Positions 6,992-14,610 of a DNA stretch of 28,991 nucleotides are shown here, one piece after another. The translations under genes and the position numbers were made by a program. The stretch lies in assembly GCA_041082215.1 (NCBI GenBank), contig JBDOIF010000020.1, positions 62,001 through 90,991 of the forward strand, given 5' to 3'. Position 1 is the first letter of the stretch. Each line of letters starts with the position of its first letter. The notes beneath the pieces were generated by a model. That model made no database searches, was not told the DNA's origin, and saw nothing but the letters and a program-made list of their open reading frames with translations. Source of the stretch: Anaerolineae bacterium. GTDB lineage: Bacteria; Chloroflexota; Anaerolineae; B4-G1; DUEL01.

Positions 6992-8604
6992 CCCCACACC
7001 CACCTACCCCCCACCATCGTCCCTTTCACCTCTGTCTCCGCGATGGCAGGGGGGTCGCAGGTGAAGATATCCCGGTCCAGCACCACCAGATCCGCCCACT
7101 TCCCCGGCGAGAGGCTTCCCAGCCATTGCTCCAACCCCACGGCGCAGGCAGCCCCCCGGGTATAGGCCCGCACCGCCTCCTGGACAGTAATCCGCTGTTC
7201 GGGATGCCAGCCCTGGGGTCCGGCGTAGCCGTCCGGCCGGGTCCGTGTGACGGCAGCGTGGATGCCCAGGAAGGGGTTCAGGTCCTCTACTGGACAGTCG
7301 GAGCCGAAGGCCAGCACCGTACCGGCGTCCAGGAGGCTCCGCCAGGCATAGGCAGTGGCGGCCCGCTCCCCCCAGTACCGGTCGGCCATCACCGCATCCT
7401 GGGTGGCGTGGATGGGCTGCATCGAGGCAACCACCCCCAGCCTGGCCAGCCGGCCCAGGTCGTCGGGGTGAAGCAACTGGACGTGCTCGATGCGGTGGCG
7501 CAGACCCGTTGGGGCCGACCTCGTGTCGGCCCTGCCACAGGCAGACACAGGGCCTGCTCCGAGAACGGCAAACACGTCCAGCACCATCCGGTTGGCCCGG
7601 TCGCCGATGGCGTGGACTGCCAGAGGGAGGCCGCCATCGGCTGCCCGGCGGGCCAGCTCCTCCAGCGCCTCCCTCTCAATGGTGAGAATGCCCAGGTTGT
7701 CCGGCTCCCCCTCGTAGGGGGCCAGCATCGCCGCCGTGCGGGGGCCCAGTGCCCCGTCGGCAAAGACCTTGATGCCGCCGATCCGCAGCCAGTCGTCCCC
7801 GAAGCCAGCCCGTATGTGGAGCGCCAGAGCGTGGTCCAGCGCATCCGCTGGCAGGTACTTCACCACCCGCAGCCCCAACTCCTCTCGGGCGCGGAGCCGC
7901 TGGAGGGCCTCGAAAGCGGTCAGGTCGTCCATATCGTGGACCCCCGTCAGACCCACCCGCCAGGCCCGTTCGAAGGCGGCCGGGAGGGTCCCGGCGACCG
8001 TTTCGGCATCGGGCTGGGGGATCGCGGCACGGACCAGCTCCATTGCTTCCTCCAGCAAAAGCCCCGTGGGCTGGCCGGAGGGATCCCGCACGATGCGTCC
8101 CCCTTCGGGGTCGGGGGTCTCAGCGGTGACGCCGGCCTGCATCAGGGCGAGGGTGTTGGCCACCAGCGCGTGGCCGCTCTTGGCTGTCAGCGCCACCGGA
8201 TGGTGGGGGGCGGCCTGATCCAGGTCGGCGGCGGTGGGGAAGCGGGGATCGGGCCACAGCTCCTGATCCCACCCCCTCCCCAGCACCCATTCCCCGGCGG
8301 GGGTCGTGCGAGCCCGCTCCGCCACCCGGTCCACCACCTCCTCCAGCGAACGGACGCCGGTCAGGTCCACCTGCCGGAGCCCCAGGGCAAACCACATCAG
8401 GTGGATGTGGCTGTCGGTCAGGCCAGGGAGCACACAGTGCCCATCCAGGTCCACTACCCGGGTCTCCCTCCCGGCCAGTTGTCGCAGCTCCTCTCCACCC
8501 ACGGCCAGAATGCGGCCATCGCGGATCGCTACCGCCGAGGCTCGGGGGCAGATCGGGTCCATTGTATGGACAGTCCCACCGATGATGAGGATGTCTGCCT
8601 TCAT
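6973..8604 (-). CDS. Metal-dependent amidohydrolase, YtcJ/Amidohydro_3 type
   Basis: PGLTDSHIH, KVFADGALG, VHAIGDRA, RIEHVQL, FGSDCPV, GKWADLVVLDRD. Confidence 0.9.
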   Translation of the reverse strand: MKADILIIGGTVHTMDPICPRASAVAIRDGRILAVGGEELRQLAGRETRVVDLDGHCVLPGLTDSHIHLMWFALGLRQVDLTGVRSLEEVVDRVAERARTTPAGEWVLGRGWDQELWPDPRFPTAADLDQAAPHHPVALTAKSGHALVANTLALMQAGVTAETPDPEGGRIVRDPSGQPTGLLLEEAMELVRAAIPQPDAETVAGTLPAAFERAWRVGLTGVHDMDDLTAFEALQRLRAREELGLRVVKYLPADALDHALALHIRAGFGDDWLRIGGIKVFADGALGPRTAAMLAPYEGEPDNLGILTIEREALEELARRAADGGLPLAVHAIGDRANRMVLDVFAVLGAGPVSACGRADTRSAPTGLRHRIEHVQLLHPDDLGRLARLGVVASMQPIHATQDAVMADRYWGERAATAYAWRSLLDAGTVLAFGSDCPVEDLNPFLGIHAAVTRTRPDGYAGPQGWHPEQRITVQEAVRAYTRGAACAVGLEQWLGSLSPGKWADLVVLDRDIFTCDPPAIAETEVKGTMVGGRWVWGEWVAG

Positions 8605-8607
8605 AGG

Positions 8608-8655
8608 CCTTTCGGATTGCAGATCGCAGGTTCAACCTGAGGCCTGGAACTTGTG
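8608..8655. repeat. Degenerate heptamer repeat arranged as an inverted pair
   Basis: Minus strand GTTTCGG GTCACAA GTTCCAG GCCTCAG GTTG followed by AACCTGCG ATCTGCA ATCCGAA; core palindrome CAGGTT-C-AACCTG. Confidence 0.45.
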
Positions 8656-9864
8656 ACCCGAAACGGCCATCAGCACTGCTGCGGCGAACGCAAGCGCCGC
8701 GCCGAAGAGGAAGGGAGCGGAGGGGCCAAACCCGGGCCAGGGGCCGACCCCCTGCCACAACACCCCGGCGATGAGGGAGGCGGGGAAGTCAAGGATGCCC
8801 AGCACCGCGTTGTAGGTGCCGTAGGCGGTCCCCCGCAGATGCTCGGGGACGATGTCGGCGACCATTGCCCTGGTGGTGCCGTAGGCCAGGCCGTAGTATA
8901 CCCCGTAGAGGGCGTAGAGCAGCCAGACCTGCCAGCCGGTGCGGGCCAGGGCCACCCCCAGGTAGATGCCGGCGTAGACCAGCCACCCGCCGACGATGAC
9001 CCGCCGTCGGCCAATGCGGTCGGAGAGGGAGCCAGCGGGAGCGGAGACGAGGGTGTAGACGAGGTTGAAGGTGACCAGCATCCCCAGCACGCCGATCACG
9101 CTCAGCCCCCGCTCCTGGGCGCGGAGGATCAGAAAGGCGTCGGAGGAGTTGCCCAGGTCGAACAGGCCAACGATGAGCATAAAGAGGGCAAAGCGAGGGC
9201 CCATGCCGCGGAAGGAGATGCGGGGTCGCTCGTGGACACCCCTTACCGGCACATCCTGTGCAGCCACCGCGAGGGAGAGGACGGCCAGGAAGGCGGGCAC
9301 CAGGCTGATGAGGACCACCGTCTGGAAGGTGGAGCGGGAAAGGAGGGCCGCTCCCCGCTGTGCCAGCCAGACCACGCCCAGGGCGATCAGCAGCCCCACC
9401 ACGGCCCCACCGGTGTCGGCGGCGCGGTGGAAGCCGAAGGCCAGCCCTCGATGCTCCTCGGAGATCGAGTCGGCCACCAGAGCGTCGCGGGGAGCGGTGC
9501 GAATCCCCTTCCCCACCCGGTCCGCCCAGCGGATGCCGGCCACCATTCCCCAGGAGCTGGCAAAGTAAAAGAAGGGCTTGGCCAGGGCGGAGAGGGCATA
9601 CCCCCCAACAGCCAGCCACTTGCGGGCCTGCAGCCGGTCGGAAAGCCAGCCGGAGAAGACCTTGAGAAGGCTGGCCGTCGCCTCGGCGATCCCCTCAATC
9701 AGGCCGATAATGTTGGTCTTCACCCCCAGCACGTTGGACAGGAAGAGGGGGAGGATGTTGAGGACCATCTCGCTGGAGATGTCCATAAAGAAGCTGGTCA
9801 GGCTTACTGCCCAGATGTTGCGGGGCAGGGAGCGGAGATGTATACGGGACCTGGTTTCGGACAT
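8632..9864 (-). CDS. MFS transporter
   Basis: Multiple TM segments; FMDISSEM, SGWLSDRL, DRVGKGIRTAPRDAL, GSLSDRIGRR. Start at ATG 9864 after GGGAGG; the longer ORF-track start lies in the repeat element. Confidence 0.9.
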   Translation of the reverse strand: MSETRSRIHLRSLPRNIWAVSLTSFFMDISSEMVLNILPLFLSNVLGVKTNIIGLIEGIAEATASLLKVFSGWLSDRLQARKWLAVGGYALSALAKPFFYFASSWGMVAGIRWADRVGKGIRTAPRDALVADSISEEHRGLAFGFHRAADTGGAVVGLLIALGVVWLAQRGAALLSRSTFQTVVLISLVPAFLAVLSLAVAAQDVPVRGVHERPRISFRGMGPRFALFMLIVGLFDLGNSSDAFLILRAQERGLSVIGVLGMLVTFNLVYTLVSAPAGSLSDRIGRRRVIVGGWLVYAGIYLGVALARTGWQVWLLYALYGVYYGLAYGTTRAMVADIVPEHLRGTAYGTYNAVLGILDFPASLIAGVLWQGVGPWPGFGPSAPFLFGAALAFAAAVLMAVSGHKFQASG

Positions 9865-9886
9865 ATTCTTACCCTCCCAGGCCCTG

Positions 9887-9914
9887 ATTATATCTGGAAT
9901 CGAGTAACAGGCAA
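9887..9914 (-). promoter_or_regulatory. Putative sigma70 promoter of the MFS-amidohydrolase operon
   Basis: Minus strand TTGCCT-16 bp-TATAAT, 22 nt upstream of ATG 9864. Confidence 0.65.
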
Positions 9915-9922
9915 CAGTCCTG

Positions 9923-10105
9923 CAGTTTGGGGGCGAGATGTCCCTGGCCCGGGCCGGACCTGGGGAAACACGAGTGGCGCGAATGGAAACGAATACCGCG
10001 AATGGGGCAGGGATTCCTCCTGTTCGCTGTATTCGGGCCATTCGTGGGATTCGCGATCCATAGGCGGGCGAGAGGACCACTCGCCCCGAAATGGAAATAC
10101 GCCCC
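9923..10105. mobile_element. MITE-like palindromic dispersed repeat, copy 2 (outer 11 bp of the left terminal repeat missing or diverged)
   Basis: ~93% identical to 3366-3548, same orientation. Confidence 0.75.
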
Positions 10106-10115
10106 AGCGCTAGCT

Positions 10116-10143
10116 TTGCCTTCCCTACAAATCATGCTATACT
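10116..10143 (+). promoter_or_regulatory. Putative sigma70 promoter of the large uncharacterised operon
   Basis: TTGCCT-16 bp-TATACT with extended -10 (TGcTATACT). Confidence 0.6.
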
Positions 10144-10226
10144 GTATTATGTCACTTCGGACAGCACCGTTCTGCTGCCCGACGGGAAGGCTGGCCCCTG
10201 CAGGTGCGGATAAAGGGGGACTTACA

Positions 10227-10466
10227 ATGAAAGGGGAATTGGGCCAAAAAGCCGGGGAGGCCGGGCTGGATTTCATCCTCGTCCCGCTGGTGGAACTGGC
10301 GCGCGCCCTCGGCCCCCTTGCCGCCCAGGCTCTGCTCCTTGCCCAGCCTCTGCTGGACGGGTGGGTGGATCGGGCGACGCTTTCCGGCATGGCCGACCGG
10401 CTGGATAACCCCCTGGAGATGGAGAAACTGCTGGTCGCGCTGGAAACAGGAGGGGACGAACAATGA
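10227..10466 (+). CDS. Small hypothetical amphipathic protein (79 aa)
   Basis: ATG after AAAGGGGGA; ATGA overlap with the next gene; hydrophobic core ILVPLVELARALGPLAAQALLLAQPLL. Confidence 0.7.
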   Translation: MKGELGQKAGEAGLDFILVPLVELARALGPLAAQALLLAQPLLDGWVDRATLSGMADRLDNPLEMEKLLVALETGGDEQ

Positions 10467-11227
10467 CCGGACTGCTGGGTGGTCTGGAGATCACCGGTAT
10501 GCATCTGGCAGCACTGCTGCTCGTCGTCCTCGCCTTCCTCCTTTTGCTCCTCCTCACAGCGCGGGCGCGGGCCGGACGTCCGGCCCAGTATCGCCCCCTC
10601 CCTCCCTTTGAGCAGCTCTCGGTCAGATTGGGGGCTTCTGCCGAGAGCGGCGCACCCCTCCATCTATCCCTTGGGTCCGGCGGGTTAGGGGGGGACCGCA
10701 CTCTCGCCTCTCTGGCCGCCCTCCAGGTCCTGGAGGGGCTGGCAGATGCCGCCGTCGCCTATGGCAGGCCCCCGCTGGTCACTGCAGGGGACCCCACACT
10801 TGTGCCCGTGGCCCAGGACCTGCTCCGCCGGGCCTACAGGCGGCAGGGGACGCCGGAACGGTACGACCCGACCAGCGTCCGTCTCGTCGCACCCCAACCG
10901 GTCGTCTACGCTGCCGGTGCCGCCGACGTGGCTGCCCATGAGCGGGTCGCCGGCAATGTGGCCCTCGGAGCCTTCCGGGAGGAGGTCTCCCTGATCGCCC
11001 ATGCCGGGGAGCGTCCGTCCCTTCCTCAGATCGCTGCCGCGGACCAGCCACAGGCTCTGGGGGCCCTCTACCCGGCCGACGCTTCTCTGGCCATCGGCGA
11101 GGAGCTGTATGCTGGCGCTGCCCAGCTTGCGCGCTTCCCGCGCTACCTGGCCAGCCTGCGGGTTCAAGATATCCTGCGTCTGCTGATCGTCGCTGTCGTC
11201 CTGCTGAAGGTCCTGGGACTTTTCTGA
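10463..11227 (+). CDS. DUF6754-like membrane protein
   Basis: N-terminal TM, alpha/beta soluble domain (AESGAPLHLSLGSGGL...IGEELYAGAAQL), C-terminal TM after QDILR. Family assigned from motif memory. Confidence 0.65.
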   Translation: MTGLLGGLEITGMHLAALLLVVLAFLLLLLLTARARAGRPAQYRPLPPFEQLSVRLGASAESGAPLHLSLGSGGLGGDRTLASLAALQVLEGLADAAVAYGRPPLVTAGDPTLVPVAQDLLRRAYRRQGTPERYDPTSVRLVAPQPVVYAAGAADVAAHERVAGNVALGAFREEVSLIAHAGERPSLPQIAAADQPQALGALYPADASLAIGEELYAGAAQLARFPRYLASLRVQDILRLLIVAVVLLKVLGLF

Positions 11228-11237
11228 GAGGTTCGAG

Positions 11238-11876
11238 ATGGATCGGTTGACAAAGCGAACCCTGCCCACGGCGGTCGCGGTAGCAGCCGGCCTGCTCACC
11301 CTGATCGGCTACCTGATCCCCTATCCAGTACTGGCCTTCGCCCGCGACCAACTGATCCGCTGGGCAGTGATCGTCGCTGCTTTTGCTTTCGTCCTTGGCT
11401 TCTTTAACGTTCTCGAGGTCCACCTGAGGCGGATCACCAGGCGGAGGCCGGGCGGCTTCTACAGCGCCGTCCTCATCCTCTCCGCCCTCGTCACCCTGGG
11501 GATCACGCTGGTCGGCTCCTTTTCCGCCCCTCTCCGCCCGCTGAACGACTGGTGGTTCGACTACATCCTTTACCCTCTTCAGGCCAGCGCTGCCGGGCTG
11601 ATCGCTTTTACCCTGGCGCTGGCAGCCTTCCGCCTGCTGCGCGGTCGGAGAGGTGGCGAAGCGTTCCTGTTCCTTCTGGGAGCCACGCTGGTCCTGCTGG
11701 GTTCCCTGCCCCTGCCCGGAGTGGCAGGAGCACAGCTTGCGGCTCTCCGGGAGTGGTGGCTGACGGTCCCCTCAATGGCCGGAATGAGGGGCCTTCTGAT
11801 CGGCGTTGGGCTGGGGACCCTCCTCATCGGCCTGCGGGTCATAGCGGGGCTGGACCGCCCCCACAGTGAACCGTGA
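11238..11876 (+). CDS. Polytopic membrane protein (~6 TM), unknown function
   Basis: Successive hydrophobic helices; C-terminal VPSMAGMRGLLIGVGLGTLLIGLRVIAGLDRP; SD GAGG. Confidence 0.8.
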   Translation: MDRLTKRTLPTAVAVAAGLLTLIGYLIPYPVLAFARDQLIRWAVIVAAFAFVLGFFNVLEVHLRRITRRRPGGFYSAVLILSALVTLGITLVGSFSAPLRPLNDWWFDYILYPLQASAAGLIAFTLALAAFRLLRGRRGGEAFLFLLGATLVLLGSLPLPGVAGAQLAALREWWLTVPSMAGMRGLLIGVGLGTLLIGLRVIAGLDRPHSEP

Positions 11877-11889
11877 AACGGAAGGGACG

Positions 11890-13929
11890 ATGATCTACTG
11901 TCCGAAATGCGGCACGGCCAATCGAGAAGGGAGCCGCTTCTGTAATGAGTGCGGCAGTCCTCTCCCTTCCGGCACCGGGCTTCGCTGCCCGATGTGCGGG
12001 GAGATGAACCCCATTGGGAGCGTCTATTGCAACAAATGCAACGCCCGTCTGGTCCCGCTCACCACACCCCAGCCCCCCACGCCCCCGGGAGAAAAGCCTG
12101 CAGGGCCAGCCGGCCCCCCGCCGGTCCGGGGGCTTTCGCTGCCGACGATCCCCTCCCCGGAGAAGAAGCCCCCCGTTCCCGAAATACCCACCGGGGAAGG
12201 AGAGGGGGAAGACTGGCTGGCAGCGCTGCGGGCCACGGCGGAGGAGTTGAAAGCAGAGGGAATAGAGGAGGAGGCCCCTCCACCCGCTGCTGAGGTCGAA
12301 CCACTGGAGATCCCGGATTGGCTGGCCGAGCTGAGGGCTGCTCCGCCCGAGGAGGCTCCCGCTCCTCCCTTCGAAGTGCCGCCTGTGGAGGAGGAGCGGG
12401 CCGTCCCGGATTGGCTGGCCGAGCTGGAGGCCGCTCCGCCCGAGGAGGCCCCTGCTCCCCCCTTCGAGGTGCCGCCTGCGGAGGAGCGGGCCGTCCCGGA
12501 TTGGCTGGCCGAGCTGGAGGCTGCCCCATCCGAGGAGGCCCCCGCCCCTCCCTTTGAGGTGCCGCCTGTGGAGGAGGAGCGGGCTGTACCGGAGTGGCTG
12601 GCCGAGCTGGAAGCCGCTCCGCCCTCAGAGGAAGGGGGTCCCCCTGTCCCTCCTTTTGCCCAGGAGGAAATTGCCGGGGAAACGCCCCCGAAAGCGCCGG
12701 TGTTTATCTCTGAGGAGGGGCTGGCCGTCGAAGAAGGGACGATGCCGGAATGGCTGGCGGAGCTGGCCCCAGGCGAGGTAGAGCAGGCCCCCGCTGCGGC
12801 TCCTCCCTTCCCCCTGACCGAACCTCTGGCCGCACCGCCGGCGGTAGAAGGGCTGGTCCCGGCCGAAATCCCGAAGTGGCTGGAGGGGATGCGCCCGTCG
12901 GCAAAGAGGGAGGCTCCGCCGGAGGAGCCGGTGGAGACCAGAGGGGTGCTGGAAGGGCTGCGTGGCACGTTGCCCGCCAGCCGCGCCGTCGAGATGCCGG
13001 AGGGGGCAGCCCCCTCCCTCCCCGCCGCCCCCAGCGCGGCCTCCATCGCCCGCGCCGAGCTGCTCCAGGAGCTGCTGAGCCGTCCCCCTGCCCCTGCCCG
13101 CCCCCTCGCAAAAGAGCAGCGGCGGGACATAGGCTGGGTCGTTCAGCGGGCCGTTGTCGCCCTTCTGCTGATCCTTTCCATTGTGGCCCCGATCGCAGTC
13201 CCTATCCCCCTCTTCTCCGTTCCCTCATCCCCGGCGGCCGACCGGTTCTTCAACGCTGTCCAGCAGAACGTCGGACCTGACGAGCCGGTACTGGTGGCAT
13301 TCGAGTACAGCCCGGCCGAGGCGGACGAGATGGAACGGGTGGCAGAGCCGGTCCTGCGCCATCTGTTGGGACAGGGCGCACGGCTGATCATCGTCAGCAC
13401 CCGGCCGGAGGGGCCGGCCCTCGCCGAGCGGCTGCTGGCCCGGCTGAGGCCAGAGGCCCGGCAGGTGGCCAATCTGGGCTACCAGCCCGGACAGACCGCC
13501 GGTGTACAGGGGCTGCTTGCCGGATTGGACCGGCGGTCGGACCTGCGGACGGGGTTGCCCGCCGCCCAGGTCGCGGCGATGGAGGGGGTGCATACCGTCG
13601 CCGACGTGGCGATGGTGGTCGTCCTGGCCGCCCAGCCGGACGAACTGCGTGCCTGGGTGGAGCAGGTGACGCTGGCCTACCCGGACCTGCCGCTGGTAGC
13701 CGGGATCAGCGCACGGGTCGAGCCGCTGGCTGCTCCCTACCTGGACCCCGGCGCCGGTCAGTTGAGGGGAACGGTCGCCGGTCTGGCCGGGGCTGCTGCC
13801 TACGAAGCACACCTGGGGGCAGGCGGGCGGGCCGGATTTTACCTGAACTCGCTGGGGTTGGCCCAACTGACCGTAGTTGGATTGATGCTGGTGGGAGCGG
13901 CGATTTTCCTGGTGGGAGGGCGGAGATGA
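11890..13929 (+). CDS. Double-zinc-ribbon protein with acidic Pro-rich PDWL repeats, TM helix, globular domain and C-terminal TM
   Basis: Four CxxC pairs (CPKC, CNEC, CPMC, CNKC); P/E/A-rich linker; TM AVVALLLILSIVAPIAV; VLVAFEYSPAEADEM domain; GLAGAAAYE followed by a TM. Start at ATG 11890 after GGAAGGGA. Confidence 0.8.
   Translation: MIYCPKCGTANREGSRFCNECGSPLPSGTGLRCPMCGEMNPIGSVYCNKCNARLVPLTTPQPPTPPGEKPAGPAGPPPVRGLSLPTIPSPEKKPPVPEIPTGEGEGEDWLAALRATAEELKAEGIEEEAPPPAAEVEPLEIPDWLAELRAAPPEEAPAPPFEVPPVEEERAVPDWLAELEAAPPEEAPAPPFEVPPAEERAVPDWLAELEAAPSEEAPAPPFEVPPVEEERAVPEWLAELEAAPPSEEGGPPVPPFAQEEIAGETPPKAPVFISEEGLAVEEGTMPEWLAELAPGEVEQAPAAAPPFPLTEPLAAPPAVEGLVPAEIPKWLEGMRPSAKREAPPEEPVETRGVLEGLRGTLPASRAVEMPEGAAPSLPAAPSAASIARAELLQELLSRPPAPARPLAKEQRRDIGWVVQRAVVALLLILSIVAPIAVPIPLFSVPSSPAADRFFNAVQQNVGPDEPVLVAFEYSPAEADEMERVAEPVLRHLLGQGARLIIVSTRPEGPALAERLLARLRPEARQVANLGYQPGQTAGVQGLLAGLDRRSDLRTGLPAAQVAAMEGVHTVADVAMVVVLAAQPDELRAWVEQVTLAYPDLPLVAGISARVEPLAAPYLDPGAGQLRGTVAGLAGAAAYEAHLGAGGRAGFYLNSLGLAQLTVVGLMLVGAAIFLVGGRR
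12313..12624 (+). repeat. Intragenic 90-93 bp tandem repeat (3 full + 1 partial units)
   Basis: PDWLAELxAAPxEEAPAPPFEVPPxEE(E)RAV units start at 12313, 12406, 12496 and 12589. Confidence 0.9.
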
Positions 13930-14600
13930 CGACGGCGGACCTGGTCGGCACGGTGGTCGGTGTGGCGCTGACCCTCCTGATCCTCAGCTATATGATCGGC
14001 GATAATCCCCTCTACCGGCTTGCGCTCTATCTGCTGACCGGCGCGGCAGTCGGATACGGGGTCGCCCTGGCTGTTGTGGCCCTTTTCCAGCAGGTGATCC
14101 TGCCGCTCCTTCAGGGAGGGACCGCGGAGCGGTATGGCCTGCTGGTACCCATCGTTCTGGGACTGCTCCTGCTCTTCAAGGGATTCCCCCGCTGGGCGCC
14201 GTGGGGCAACCTGTCTACCGCCCTCCTGATCGGCGTCGGGGCAGCCGTGGCTGTGGCAGGAGCGTTGCTGGGGACGGTCCTCCCCCAGTCCGTAGCCTCC
14301 GGCTCCCTCGCCGACTGGCTGCGAGGCGGCGCGGCAGGGCTGATCAACAGCCTCCTGATCGCCGTGGGAACGATCTGCGCCCTGCTGGCCTTCGCCTTTA
14401 CCGTCCCCCGACAGCGCGCCCTTCAGAGATTGTGGCGGGGGACAGCAGGCGCAGCAGGGGTAATTGGGCGGCTTTTCCTGGCATCGGCCTTCGGCGCCGC
14501 CTTCGCCGCCGCCCTCACGGCGAGCCTCTCCATCCTCATTGGCCGGATTTACACCCTCATCGAGGGGGTCCAGCGACTGCTCCAGATGCGGGGAGGATAA
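13926..14600 (+). CDS. Polytopic membrane protein (~6 TM), unknown function
   Basis: LTLLILSYMIGDNPLYRLA motif, Gly/Ala-rich TM helices; ATGA-coupled to the upstream gene. Confidence 0.8.
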   Translation: MTTADLVGTVVGVALTLLILSYMIGDNPLYRLALYLLTGAAVGYGVALAVVALFQQVILPLLQGGTAERYGLLVPIVLGLLLLFKGFPRWAPWGNLSTALLIGVGAAVAVAGALLGTVLPQSVASGSLADWLRGGAAGLINSLLIAVGTICALLAFAFTVPRQRALQRLWRGTAGAAGVIGRLFLASAFGAAFAAALTASLSILIGRIYTLIEGVQRLLQMRGG

Positions 14601-14610
14601 ACGGGACCGC

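Noticed and set aside
9865..10080. 72-aa N-terminal extension of the MFS ORF, and the paired ORFs at 3298-3618 and 9927-10226
   Set aside because: They are translations of the non-coding repeat element and cross predicted promoters; better SD-supported starts lie downstream.
10145..10226. Riboswitch (for example cobalamin) in the 5' leader of the large operon
   Set aside because: Only short hairpins are visible, the leader is too short, and I recognise no aptamer consensus; an Rfam scan would settle it.
10463..11890. Selenocysteine read-through of the TGA stops at 11227 and 11876, given selB nearby
   Set aside because: The downstream genes are in different frames with their own SD sites; no redox-motif context or obvious SECIS was seen.
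12313..12624. Regularly spaced repeats resembling a CRISPR array
   Set aside because: The whole unit repeats with no unique spacers, lengths are multiples of 3 within a CDS, and no cas genes are present.
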